Positions 24,601-34,493 of a stretch of 64,000 nucleotides of DNA are shown here, one piece after another; within the stretch, counting starts at the first letter, position 1; each line of letters begins with the position of its first letter. Position numbers and translations under genes: made by a program. Source of the DNA: Oculina patagonica (Eukaryota); NCBI RefSeq assembly GCF_052425735.1, contig NC_135766.1:28334001-28398000 (forward strand), given 5' to 3'. Under the pieces are notes generated by a model. That model was not told the DNA's origin and did not search any database. It saw only the letters and a program-made list of their open reading frames with translations.

Positions 24601-26032
24601 AAAAATAAAAATCGAATTTATAGTTGTATATTTCTTCGTGTGTAACCCTAAACGAGACCATTATGACTAAAAATATTGGCGTTTTGCCAGAACACCCTAA
24701 GCGAGACCAAAAATCTGAAATTTAAACCCCTAAGCGAGACGACGAGCATCCCCGTCACTTTCATATGCGAGTCCCCCCCCCCCCCCCGGGAGCTACATCT
24801 ACAGTCTAAATTGTCGTACAGCAAGTACATGCGACAAGGCAGTTTAAGAAGATCGTAAAAGACATTTCAAATGAAAAGGAGCTTCCAAAGATCTTGAAAA
24901 GACCTATTAGTTAGTTAGTAGCACTGACTCATACGAACATTAACCTGTTTCACAAAAGGATCTGTTGCGTAAGGCTGCTGCTGGAATGTCCCATTTGGCA
25001 GGGTTTGTTGATCATTGAGGCCAAGCTGCTGATATCTTGACCAAAGCCGTTCCACTTCGGCTACTGGAACTAAAAAAAAAACACAAAAACAAAAATAAAC
25101 AACAATGATATAACCACCAGTTTCAGTTTAACAAATATTTGTCAAACTCTTGTACAAATTTTTTGCAGATTTTCCCAGCACACATTTTGATATCTGTATT
25201 GATGGAAATGCGGCCTATGGCAGTTCAATTTTGACTAAAACTTCAATCAGTGTCTCTTAGGCAACGTATTTAGGTTAAATCACTTGACATAGGTGACAAA
25301 TTTTGCCAGTTGGTTCCTATTGAAACCTGAGAGAAAGTTTGGGAGAATTCAAAAATTTATATGACAATAAGCAGTTCAACACCCAAAATGTAAACAAATT
25401 TGAAAACTTATTTTTGGGATCCGAAATGTTTGTAAACAACCAATTGTACACTGTACCCTCAGGTACAAACAACAAACAAGTGTACACTGTAACCCTTGTG
25501 ATCAACTGCTCGATTTTAGAATAAGACAAAAGATAAGTTTACAATAGTATTTTAACCACTTGTGCACAACCAGAAACCCCATTCTTGTGATAGTAATCTG
25601 TACCTTTCCCAATTTCACTTCCTAAGCAAGACGTCATTGGCAGATTTTTTGATTCAGTATTATCAAACGTTTCTTCGCCAATCGAACTCAGAGTTGGCGG
25701 CGGAGGTATAGAATTTGTTGGCGTGACAGGATCTTTCTTTGAGAAAAGAGAAAATCGCCGAAAAAAGCTCATTTTCACAGAGAAGTTGGCGCGCGCGGTG
25801 GGGGTAAGCTTACTGTATCTGCTATAGCTGTTTGTTTATTATAAATTATGATTACAGTCATATTGTACATACCAGCATATTCCTCAAGGGCCGTTGGATT
25901 AGTTCTTTCAAACAAAGGCTTCAACACTTCTTCCAAAGAGTTCAAAGGTTGTTCTTGATCTGTGCTTCCCTCCTCTCCGACATCTCTCGCCTGTTCGGGT
26001 TGCTGTTTGTTTTTCTTCCAAAACTTGAGCAT
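18674..26032 (-). CDS. Calcineurin B/CHP-like EF-hand protein with C-terminal death domain (~307 aa, 7 exons)
   Basis: Exons 25873-26032, 24945-25069, 23714-23819, 22521-22609, 21707-21764, 19650-19770 and 18674-18938 join in frame at GT-AG sites. CHP/CnB-like segments: EVERLWSRYQQL, DPFVKQIWRTF..DENGNVTFHSF, PLDKRLAGIFKLL, LDDKDQGYIDVDQW. Death domain: IAGKIGERDWTPLARELGFTKHEI..QVYQVLVLWRQK..ATADAL. Confidence 0.85.
19870..20626. mobile_element. Non-autonomous element with terminal long branched hairpin (Crypton-like, tentative)
   Basis: attctgattgg motif near one end and a ~100-bp hairpin (20520-20619) at the other; same architecture at 61333-62530. Confidence 0.55.
20688..21036. mobile_element. 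MITE with TTAA TSD and AG termini (Kolobok-like)
   Basis: TIRs agatgaattccagtccgtactgcgca / tgcgcaatacggactggaaatcagct; TTAA on both sides. Confidence 0.75.
21964..22375. mobile_element. MITE, CCCAGGGG family, 8-bp TSD
   Basis: Near-identical to 6182-6599; TSD aacaatac. Confidence 0.88.
22621..22796. repeat. 176-bp near-perfect palindrome containing a hammerhead-like core (Penelope-type inverted end)
   Basis: Arms are reverse complements apart from about two differences; CTGATGA-a-GGTGA-acagatg-TCACC-GAAA at 22720-22748. Confidence 0.75.
24430..24790. mobile_element. MITE, CCCGG-poly(G) family, 8-bp TSD
   Basis: TIRs cccggaggggg..gactc / gagtcccc..ccggg; TSD agctacat. Confidence 0.82.
25604..25772 (-). 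CDS. Putative alternative first coding exon of the EF-hand/death-domain gene
   Basis: ATG-initiated MSFFRRFSLFSKKDPVTPTNSIPPPP...GSEIGK ends in a phase-1 AAG|GTACAG donor, matching the phase of exon 24945-25069. Confidence 0.5.
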
Positions 26033-26196
26033 TTAGGACAAGTATCTCAATACAGCGAAAAGTTCTCTTTGGTACTGAATTAATAGTAGGCCTGTTCAAT
26101 TATCCATTGCTCATTTTCTTGCAAATTTTTTATACTCTTGGGAAAAGTTTTGTGTAAATCGCAACTCGCCGCCATTTTTTTGTTTTGCATTTCCTG

Positions 26197-26212
26197 CAAT
26201 GCATTGTGGGAG
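26197..26212. promoter_or_regulatory. ZNF143/Staf-like site in a bidirectional promoter
   Basis: caatgcattgtgggag (reverse complement CTCCCACAATGCATTG) lies between divergent genes; a YY1-like GCCATTTT is adjacent at ~26171. Confidence 0.5.
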
Positions 26213-26628
26213 GTTCTAAGCACCGCTGATCAGAGGGTGCGACTACTGCGATCTGTTTTGGATATTTTGCTACATCAAACAGGCTGTTAGAGTTGTGAGC
26301 CCGGTAAAGACCAGGTAAAGACTCTGTAAAAGGCAAGATTATTGTAATTTTAACTAAATATGTGGTTGAATGTAGTTTTAATCACTCAGAAATATTAATT
26401 TGTTGCTTTGTTCTGTTAAAATGTTACAAAGGGCCCTGCCAGATATTTGGCTATATCATCAACCCAAACATTTTGCAACAACTAAGCCCAGTTTGTTGTT
26501 ATAATTCTCATATCGTTAATTTAAAATAATAATGACACTCGTGCTGCATTATCTTGTTTATTTCAATAGAAATTAGGATAAGGATCACCAAGGGTCACAG
26601 GACGCCCAGGTCCAGTACCTTCAACGCA

Positions 26629-28113
26629 ATGTTCTGGTCTCAGCTGATGCAATTGTGCCAAAAAGCTCCTGTTTGGTTCATTGGTGTCCTTGGAGCTATT
26701 ATTATTTACACAATCCAACAGCTTATCATGGGATATGAGTTTCCGACAATCTGGATCTCTGTAGTGTTAACAGTGGTTTTTATTGCCACCATTGTCAAGA
26801 TGCTGATCTCAGTGCTCAGGACTCGTGTCATTTTCATTGACATGCCTGACCCCGACAACTATGCTGCTGTCTTGCTGCGTGCACATCAATCAAAAGAGAT
26901 TAACAACTGGCTGGCAGTGGTGGGTAGATGGGTGTTACAGAGATTGGGTCACCCTCTGTGTCCACTCTACATTGTCTGCGGCGGACGGCGTGTTAACCTA
27001 GGCTTAGCCCACAAGAACACAACCGAAAGATTTTTTGATCAATCAACAAAGACATGGTTGGAGTGGGACTTTCATCGACATATTGGTCCGCTCCCTGCAG
27101 ATGAAGCTATCATGAAGGATCCAAAGACAGTTGAAGACTCTGCCTTAGTTCTAAAGAAAAACATGTTTGATCTGGACTGCATCTTACAGACGGCTGGGTA
27201 TTCAGATTATGTCCTAGTGAAAGGACATATCGCCAAGCAGATACCATTGTCTTATTCACATCATGCAGATGAATGGCGTTTCTACAATAATGTCGAGAAG
27301 CACTGGGTCACGACAAATGAGTATGACCAACTGTCTGATGAACGCTGTAATGAATTTTACAAATTTCAGGACTTTGACCAGCGAAGGAAACTGGCACGTC
27401 ATTCTATGAACCAATTAACTGGTGTCTCTAATTTTGAGTCAAGTTCCACTGGCTCACACTGGTTAAGCTTAGACCAACTTCACAAACTGCTGCTGAAGTA
27501 TATGACCATTGACATCACAATGGCTGGTCCAGCAACTGACATGGCATACTTAGTAGATAAGTCATTAAATTGGACTCGGAATGTGAGAAAAATAAATGCA
27601 ATGTGGGCAGTCTGTGAACTGGGTCCAAACACCGGCAAGATGAACGTATGTGGGTTGAACTTTAATGAGGCAGCAGATGTTCAGGCTGCACAATACCTAT
27701 CTTCTAAACACTTCCCCAATGCCGCGTTTTCTTTCTTACCCACTGAGACATGCAAACTGACGCCGCAATTTAAAGTGACATGCAAGATGGCCGAGCGCAT
27801 TGATGTGTTGCGATGTCTTGTGGATAAAATAGCTCTTTGGACTCATGTTAAAGGTGGACAAACTGAACCGCTGTTTGACTATTTCATCTGTGAATCCTTA
27901 GATATTACAACAACATTGCAGAAGATGGGTCTTGTCAAAGTCTTTGTGATCCCGAACGCTGATAAGGGTTACATGATTTTGTCGCCCAGTACAAATGAAA
28001 CATTGTTCACTGCCTGGGTGAACCCAAGTGAAATGTTCAGGGTTTTCAGCTGGGGGCAAAATAACATTTCTTTCAATGGATCTCACTGGTCCAGTGCCAA
28101 AGTTGTTGGTTAA
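26629..28113 (+). CDS. Intronless membrane-anchored protein with divergent IU-nucleoside-hydrolase-like fold (~494 aa)
   Basis: Long open ORF whose first ATG (26629) follows a splice acceptor at ~26568. Two N-terminal hydrophobic helices, then IDMPDPDN (cf. DxDxxxDD), AGPATDMA (cf. GPLTNLA), NFNEAADVQAA (cf. EFN..DPEAA) and PLFDY (cf. LHDP). AATAAA at ~28152. Confidence 0.72.
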   Translation: MFWSQLMQLCQKAPVWFIGVLGAIIIYTIQQLIMGYEFPTIWISVVLTVVFIATIVKMLISVLRTRVIFIDMPDPDNYAAVLLRAHQSKEINNWLAVVGRWVLQRLGHPLCPLYIVCGGRRVNLGLAHKNTTERFFDQSTKTWLEWDFHRHIGPLPADEAIMKDPKTVEDSALVLKKNMFDLDCILQTAGYSDYVLVKGHIAKQIPLSYSHHADEWRFYNNVEKHWVTTNEYDQLSDERCNEFYKFQDFDQRRKLARHSMNQLTGVSNFESSSTGSHWLSLDQLHKLLLKYMTIDITMAGPATDMAYLVDKSLNWTRNVRKINAMWAVCELGPNTGKMNVCGLNFNEAADVQAAQYLSSKHFPNAAFSFLPTETCKLTPQFKVTCKMAERIDVLRCLVDKIALWTHVKGGQTEPLFDYFICESLDITTTLQKMGLVKVFVIPNADKGYMILSPSTNETLFTAWVNPSEMFRVFSWGQNNISFNGSHWSSAKVVG

Positions 28114-28209
28114 GATGCTGGTGGCTTCCTCATTAGATCTCATTATTTTGAAATAAATAAAGTTGATCTTACATCTGTTATTGTGTTTTCTGGATACCCA
28201 AAGTGAGTA

Positions 28210-28416
28210 CCTTATTGTTACTTATTTTTGTGGGAACATAATTTCGCAAAATGGCACGGGACTTAATTTTCGCGATTTTGCCAAAAATATGTAATCAACA
28301 TAAAAAAATACCCGTACAATAGAAAACGCTTAAAATGAATTTTCACGGGTCTTTAATTTTCGCGATTTTTTGAAAGTCGCGAAAATTAAGTCCCATGAAA
28401 ATAAGTCACAATAAGG
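28210..28416. mobile_element. TA-flanked MITE (CCTTATT family)
   Basis: TIRs ccttattgttacttatt / aataagtcacaataagg; related to 46576-47091. Confidence 0.7.
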
Positions 28417-30179
28417 TAAGTGTGTGAGTGTGGGTGGGTGGGAGGGAGGAAGGAAGCTAAGAGGGATTGGGCTTGAGAGGGAGGGAGTGAGCTCGGGGGA
28501 GGGGGGGGGACTCGAAAAAGTTTTGTACGGGGAGGCCCCGCCCGGAGATCTAACCCCTTACCCTCTTATATACCATTTTGATAGAAAAGGTACCCCTTTT
28601 GTATACCTTTTATTGCTAAAAGGCACCCCTTTCAAATACCTAGACGACTTCACGTTTACCTAAAACGGGAGGTTTTCTTGTCATTTTTATGTAGCGCTTA
28701 ATAAATTAAGACGATACAGCCAAAAGTTGCGTCTGCTCAAAATATTTAATGCAAAGGCCTTTTAAAATATCAGTATGGCAGATTTCCCTACCCTTTTATA
28801 TACCTAAACTTGTGAAATCCCTTCCCTTTTAAATACCTGAGCCTGAAAAAGGTACCCCTTTCGGGCGGAGCCTCCCCGTATAGGCCAATATAGGGAGTGA
28901 GTACTGGAGGAACTCCCACAATTAAAAAGATGACAGGGGTGCTCGTTGGAAATTATCAAGAACCCCCGAGAAAAGGTACCACAGTCTCACTCTAGGGTGT
29001 GGCTCAATTTCATTGTCACCCCTATTAAAGGAGACCAAAAATCTGTTAAGACAGAGTAACAAATTGTTCCCGTCTTTTTTTGCTCAATACCCTAAAAGAT
29101 GCTGCAATAACTCAAACGGTGGTCTTTTTAAATTTTTACAACCTAAGCAGTACCAATCTACAAAGTCCAGGCCCACCTAGCAGGGATCTAGGAGCGAGAA
29201 TAGTCCTGGTTGTCAATGTCTCGTACTAAAATCAATAGAGAAATAATAATTTATTGATGTGCTCACCACTGAAAAATTCCTATATTTTGTCCAACTGTTC
29301 ATTATTTGTAGGCATGTACATGACATGACCGGCTGCTAAAAGCATCACTGGGGAGGTATCCGGGACAAAATGTGTTCCCATACACAAGGTAGCAAATTCT
29401 TTACAGACTATGCCGCTGGTCATTAGATGCTACTGCGATCTTCAAGGAAAAAAAAAACAACGGGAAAAACGAACGAAAATCGGATGTTTGTCAGACCAGG
29501 GATTTCTCCATGTTCAGAGGTAATTGTTGTCACATTCATGGAATATTTCGCTGCAGTTCTAATGTTAATTTTTTTTGCCTTAAAACCTAAAAATTGTGAA
29601 GTTTGTATTTTTGGTTCTGTGACTGAACTTGATCGGTGGTTCAAGAACAAAGTACTTGATCAGTCAGAAGTCTCACATAAAATAAAAGCTTACATGTAGG
29701 AATGTAGCCCTTTCGCTCTTTTGAAGTATGCCCATTATAAGCTTGTTGATCTTTGAAGCATATCGATCTAAAGGAAAAGTTTATGACTCACTAATCTGTT
29801 CACTGACTCTGTTGTACAGAAGCATCAGTCATCATTTATTCCAGTAAAAAAGCCCCCCCCCCCCCCTTCCCTCTACAATCAGGTCCCTCAACCCAGGTGG
29901 ACATAGGATGCAAATATTCAGAAATTGCATACACTGTTGGAGCTTAAAAGTGTAGCAGAAATCAAGGGTTAAATGTTTTGTCAAGGGGGGCCAATTGATG
30001 TAACAGTACTGTAGTGACTTGAAATTTTCTGTGTCTAATGACGGAAGGTGCCTGCTGTTTTTAGGCTGCCTAACAAGAATATTACCAGCTACTGTGAAGC
30101 TAAGAGAAACTAAACTGTTATCAACTGTTTCTCAGGTAACAAATACAGTATATTATTATCATATTATTGGTCTATAAAT

Positions 30180-30264
30180 TAGCATGGGAACCCAGAGGCA
30201 TTTCAGGTGCTATTTTCCAGCGGAGACAAGTGACTGCCGAAAATGCGTCTGGGTTCACAAGCTA
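30180..30264. mobile_element. 85-bp palindromic MITE, TAG termini, 9-bp TSD
   Basis: tagc..gaacccaga..gcattt / aaatgcgtctgggttc..gcta; TSD tctataaat. Confidence 0.8.
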
Positions 30265-30507
30265 TCTATAAATAGCCTTATTTTTTTCACGGATTTATAG
30301 TGTTGGTTGTTTTGATTCATTGTAAAACACAGTTTGCTGTGCCTTTAACTCAGTTTAGAGTTTGCATGTCATAAGAATAAGGCACAGTTGTCTATTAACG
30401 GGTGAAACCCTAATTATCTTGACTCCCAAGGGTGAAGATTCAGTCATGATTTAATGAAAATCAACATTAAAGTCTTCTTTTTCAATCCTCTGTTCTTATA
30501 TCAGGGA

Positions 30508-32145
30508 ATGATGTCAGTTGAAAAAGCCATCACTCAAAAGCTCACAAAGGAATTTAAGGTAACCATTTTTTGTTGCCTTATTTTTAGAACTCTTTAAGTG
30601 GTTTATGTTGTAAAATTAAACAAGAAACTTAAATTGTTTTGTTTGTTCAGCCTGTGTTTTTAGATGTCATCAATGAAAGCTACATGCATAATGTTCCAAA
30701 AGGTATGAACTTTGCACCATTTATAGGAAAAATATCCCAAAAAACTGCTATCTTTAGTCGGAGTTTATGGGTACACTGTATTACCGGGTACCCTTGACTT
30801 GACCCCGACTATTGATAGTGAATTGCAATGCGTGCAGTGCCACAGAATGCAATATTCCACAAAGTTGTTGAACTTTCTGTAAAATGATTCAATATATATA
30901 TAGACCTCTTTAGCTTCATTTGTTTGTTGTCCCATTTCAGACCATGTGATGTTATCCGTGAGAATTATTTTTTTCAAACAAATTCACGTGGAGATAAATT
31001 AAATAATTTCCAGATAGACAAAAGAACAACTCTGAAAAGTATCAAATAATCTGAAATAGGCAATTTACATGCACAGTGCTAAAAAAGGACAATAAAAATT
31101 TACTGGTAATATAATTGTTGATCTCCAAATAGAATTGGAGACCTTTGGAAATTAATTGATTCATATTTATGTAGTTTTCTTCCAATTTTTGTAGGTTCAG
31201 AAACTCATTTCAAGGTGGTAGTTGTGTCGTCAAACTTTAATGATAAACCTTTGATTCAGGTGTGGAGTGTTTTTTTATAATTTATTTTTTCTGTGAATGT
31301 ATTTGTACAATAAGTTATTACATCTTGATAATTTGAATGTTAGCCTGCAAGCAGGTCATCATCATGTTAAAGCCACACATGTATGGTGATGTTTCAGAGG
31401 GCCTGCTTTTCTTTTGGTCAAAAGTCTGCAAATCACAGACTTCTGAATGTTGTGTGCAGACTAGAGATTGAGTGGTTGACAATTAATAACGAGCACTCTT
31501 ATCGTGCTAAAAAATCCAAACTTGGCCAGGGCTCGCATTCTTGGTGCTGAAGAGTTTTTAAATATTTGTGAAATTCAATGTTATAGATATACAAAATGAG
31601 AGAATGGAATTTATTCGACAATTTCTTTCTGCAATTTTAATTTTTTTTGTCATCAACTGAAAAAGTAAAATATAATTTCATTTTTTTGTAAATTATTTAA
31701 CAGAGACACAGAATGGTCAATGAAATCTTGAAGGAAGAATTAGCTACTGGTGTACATGCCCTATCAATACAGGTAATATTTCTTAATTCAATCATGACTA
31801 TAAAGTTCTGAAAGAATAGACCCCCACAAGTAGCGACCCTTGACAATGACAGCGAAAAAACGCATAGTTACATGTATCTATCTTAGGTGACCCTTATCTC
31901 AAGGGAAACATAGTAGTTGTTTTGTTTAGTATATATATTTGAAAAATTCATTAATTATTCATGAGGGTGCAAACCAATCCCAGCACACTATTCAGATCAC
32001 ATGTACACAACTGTAAACCCCAATACAAATCAAACAATAGAATTAACTTTTGATACAGACTCCTGCTCAGCTAATTCGTATTCATTAACTTTTGATAAAG
32101 ATCTCTACTGATTCGCATAACAATACTTTGCATTCAATTTATAAC

Positions 32146-32183
<38 letters not shown>

Positions 32184-32586
32184 ATATTACTCTACTGACA
32201 TTAAATATAAATTCCTTTTCAGTTTATGATTTTCAATGGTACTGAAAACATCTTAGTTTTAATATGAATCTGATCAACCCATATATGGAACAGGTTTTAG
32301 CTATCCGAAAGTCACGACCCAACCTTATTCCCAGCGTCTCTCTCCTTTTCCTCCCATGTCAACAAAGGAAAAAAAGGAGAGAGGCCCTGGGAAAGAGGTT
32401 GGTCGTGACCCACCAAAAGTGACGATAAAAAAGTTTTCTAAAAAAAAGGGAGGAATGAGGGTTGCTATTTTCGGATATTTGACATATTTTTTGTCCCATT
32501 TTCAGGCCAAGACACCAGAACAGTGGGACAGCAGCACAAAGACAATTCCCAAGTCACCGCCTTGTATGGGTGGAAGTGCCAGATAA
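30508..32586 (+). CDS. BOLA1: BolA-like protein 1
   Basis: Exons 30505-30558, 30651-30702, 31195-31259, 31704-31772 and 32506-32586 give [87 protein letters not shown]. A possible upstream exon ends at 30136. Confidence 0.93.
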
Positions 32587-33458
32587 CAACAGTTGGCTAC
32601 AGTTCCTTGTGGGGAATGTTCCGCGATTATATATCATTCAACTTGATTCTATACCAAAAGCACCAGATTTCTCGATACACTATGAATGGAAAGTGCCCTG
32701 AATGTTTTCAAATTTTTATTAGCATTCTCCTGAAGTCGCTTACCAGTCCTGTGAGAGAGTTAGCGACCAGGACATACGAGCCAGCGACATGGTACAAAAC
32801 CACGTCAAATTTTCGAGCCCCCCGGGGGAGGGGGAGGTTGACAGGTATCTATCGAACACAATTTTAAAAAAAATCTTTATTAAAGAAACGTGTTTGTTAC
32901 ATAACCGATTTTTCTGTCGTGTTTCTACTAAGATACCGTAACTAAGTTTGCCTAAAACTTACTATATCCGAAATACACCCAGCTGAAAACCCACATACCT
33001 TTCATTTTTTTTTCTTGAACATGTTAAAAAAGGAATCAATTTTTATCCGAGGGCTAACTTATACAAATTTAGAGCGGTTTTCACTTGACTGTCGAAAGTA
33101 ATTCGCTTTCGCATTACTACGCTTAGTGATTGGGTTAAAACTCTCGCGCCGCTTTCTCAGTCAATCAGAAGTAAACCAAAACCAATCATGACTCGCTCGC
33201 GCACGTTTTCCCGCGCTTCGAGCCGTCTACATGTATTTGCTTCGAGTTTTGATTGGTTTACTGGTTTGTCTGTGTTCTTTGTGATTGGCTAGAGTGATTT
33301 CTTTAGTTTTGGTTTTAGTAGAGGGTGTCTACCCTTCGCTAGACTCCTTGACACTTAAATAAAGTCATTCATTTTACGACACTCAACTGAAAACTGCTCT
33401 ATGGTCGACTAATCGTAATCTCGATTTTCTACTCTTGTCGGGTTACCATTTCTTGCAT

Positions 33459-34493
33459 TTACCTGACTTTACTGCAAAACACTTTCCTTACAAACGATCT
33501 GAAATCGCTCATCTGTACAAGATAAATGATGAAGTTTAGGGCACTGTTTGAAAAGAACATTACAATCGTAAGACATCTTGTTCTATAATCTGATTCAAAA
33601 TCAAGAGAAGGTTTAACCAACATTACATAGGTTGCATAATAGAGTGACGAAGAATAAGGAATAATGAAAGCAAACGTAATTGCAATTAGGAGATATGTTC
33701 CACGGAGTTTTGCTGCCCTCAATTTCGCCTTGATGGCGTTGTTCATCTGAATATTCAATACTCTTTTCCTGTTTCTAGTCCATACGGTTTTTATCAGCGA
33801 AATGTTAATAAAACTCAAGATAAGGCTAGGTAAAATGTGTTGTAGTAGTACATAACTTATAAATATCAGTCGGAACGGTAAATTACTGTTGTCAATTTTA
33901 CAGACAATAGTGTAATGTGTTTCGTCGAGATCGAATCTAATCCCGTTGAACGCCCCCGCGGGTACACATACGAGGAGAAACCCTACAATCCAAGTACCAA
34001 ACACGAGCCTGCGAACAGTAGAGACGCTAAACGTGCGGGGTATAGCCCGAGTTGAAAAATATCTCTCTGTACTTATCGCTATTAAATTATTCATTGTAAT
34101 TGAGGGAAATAACATGTTAAGATATCGAACTGTCTTGCACGCCCAACCATACTGAAAAAGGTCAAACATCAATTGGACATAAACTAAAGGGAGAGAAATT
34201 ATGTTGGAAAGTATATCCGAAAGGGCTAAACTCTTAACATAAAAGTGAAAATTTCTTATAAAAGGACTTGACTGCAAATATGACAGTGTTTTACTTTTTG
34301 ATGAAATAAAATAATAAATGAGGCTATTGCCCACAAAACCAACAGTTCCAACAATGGCCAATAATAAGAAGACCACTAGTTTAGTAGTAGAACTTGCTGG
34401 TATGAACACATAATCTCGACTTGCGTCTGTGTTGTTAAGCATAGCAGACTGGTTGTTGGTAAAGAGATTGGGCGACAGCGGCGAACCGCCCAT
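33459..34493 (-). CDS. Orphan rhodopsin-like (class A) GPCR, single coding exon
   Basis: Seven hydrophobic segments with GN in TM1, LALSD, C..ERY, W in TM4 and NFIIY (NPxxY variant). ATG at 34493 lies just downstream of an acceptor at 34503. Confidence 0.9.
   Translation of the reverse strand: MGGSPLSPNLFTNNQSAMLNNTDASRDYVFIPASSTTKLVVFLLLAIVGTVGFVGNSLIYYFISSKSKTLSYLQSSPFIRNFHFYVKSLALSDILSNIISLPLVYVQLMFDLFQYGWACKTVRYLNMLFPSITMNNLIAISTERYFSTRAIPRTFSVSTVRRLVFGTWIVGFLLVCVPAGAFNGIRFDLDETHYTIVCKIDNSNLPFRLIFISYVLLQHILPSLILSFINISLIKTVWTRNRKRVLNIQMNNAIKAKLRAAKLRGTYLLIAITFAFIIPYSSSLYYATYVMLVKPSLDFESDYRTRCLTIVMFFSNSALNFIIYLVQMSDFRSFVRKVFCSKVR

Noticed and set aside
26554-26628. TTG-initiated N-terminal extension of the 519-aa ORF
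   Set aside because: It starts in the intron's pyrimidine tract; the first ATG after the acceptor is 26629.
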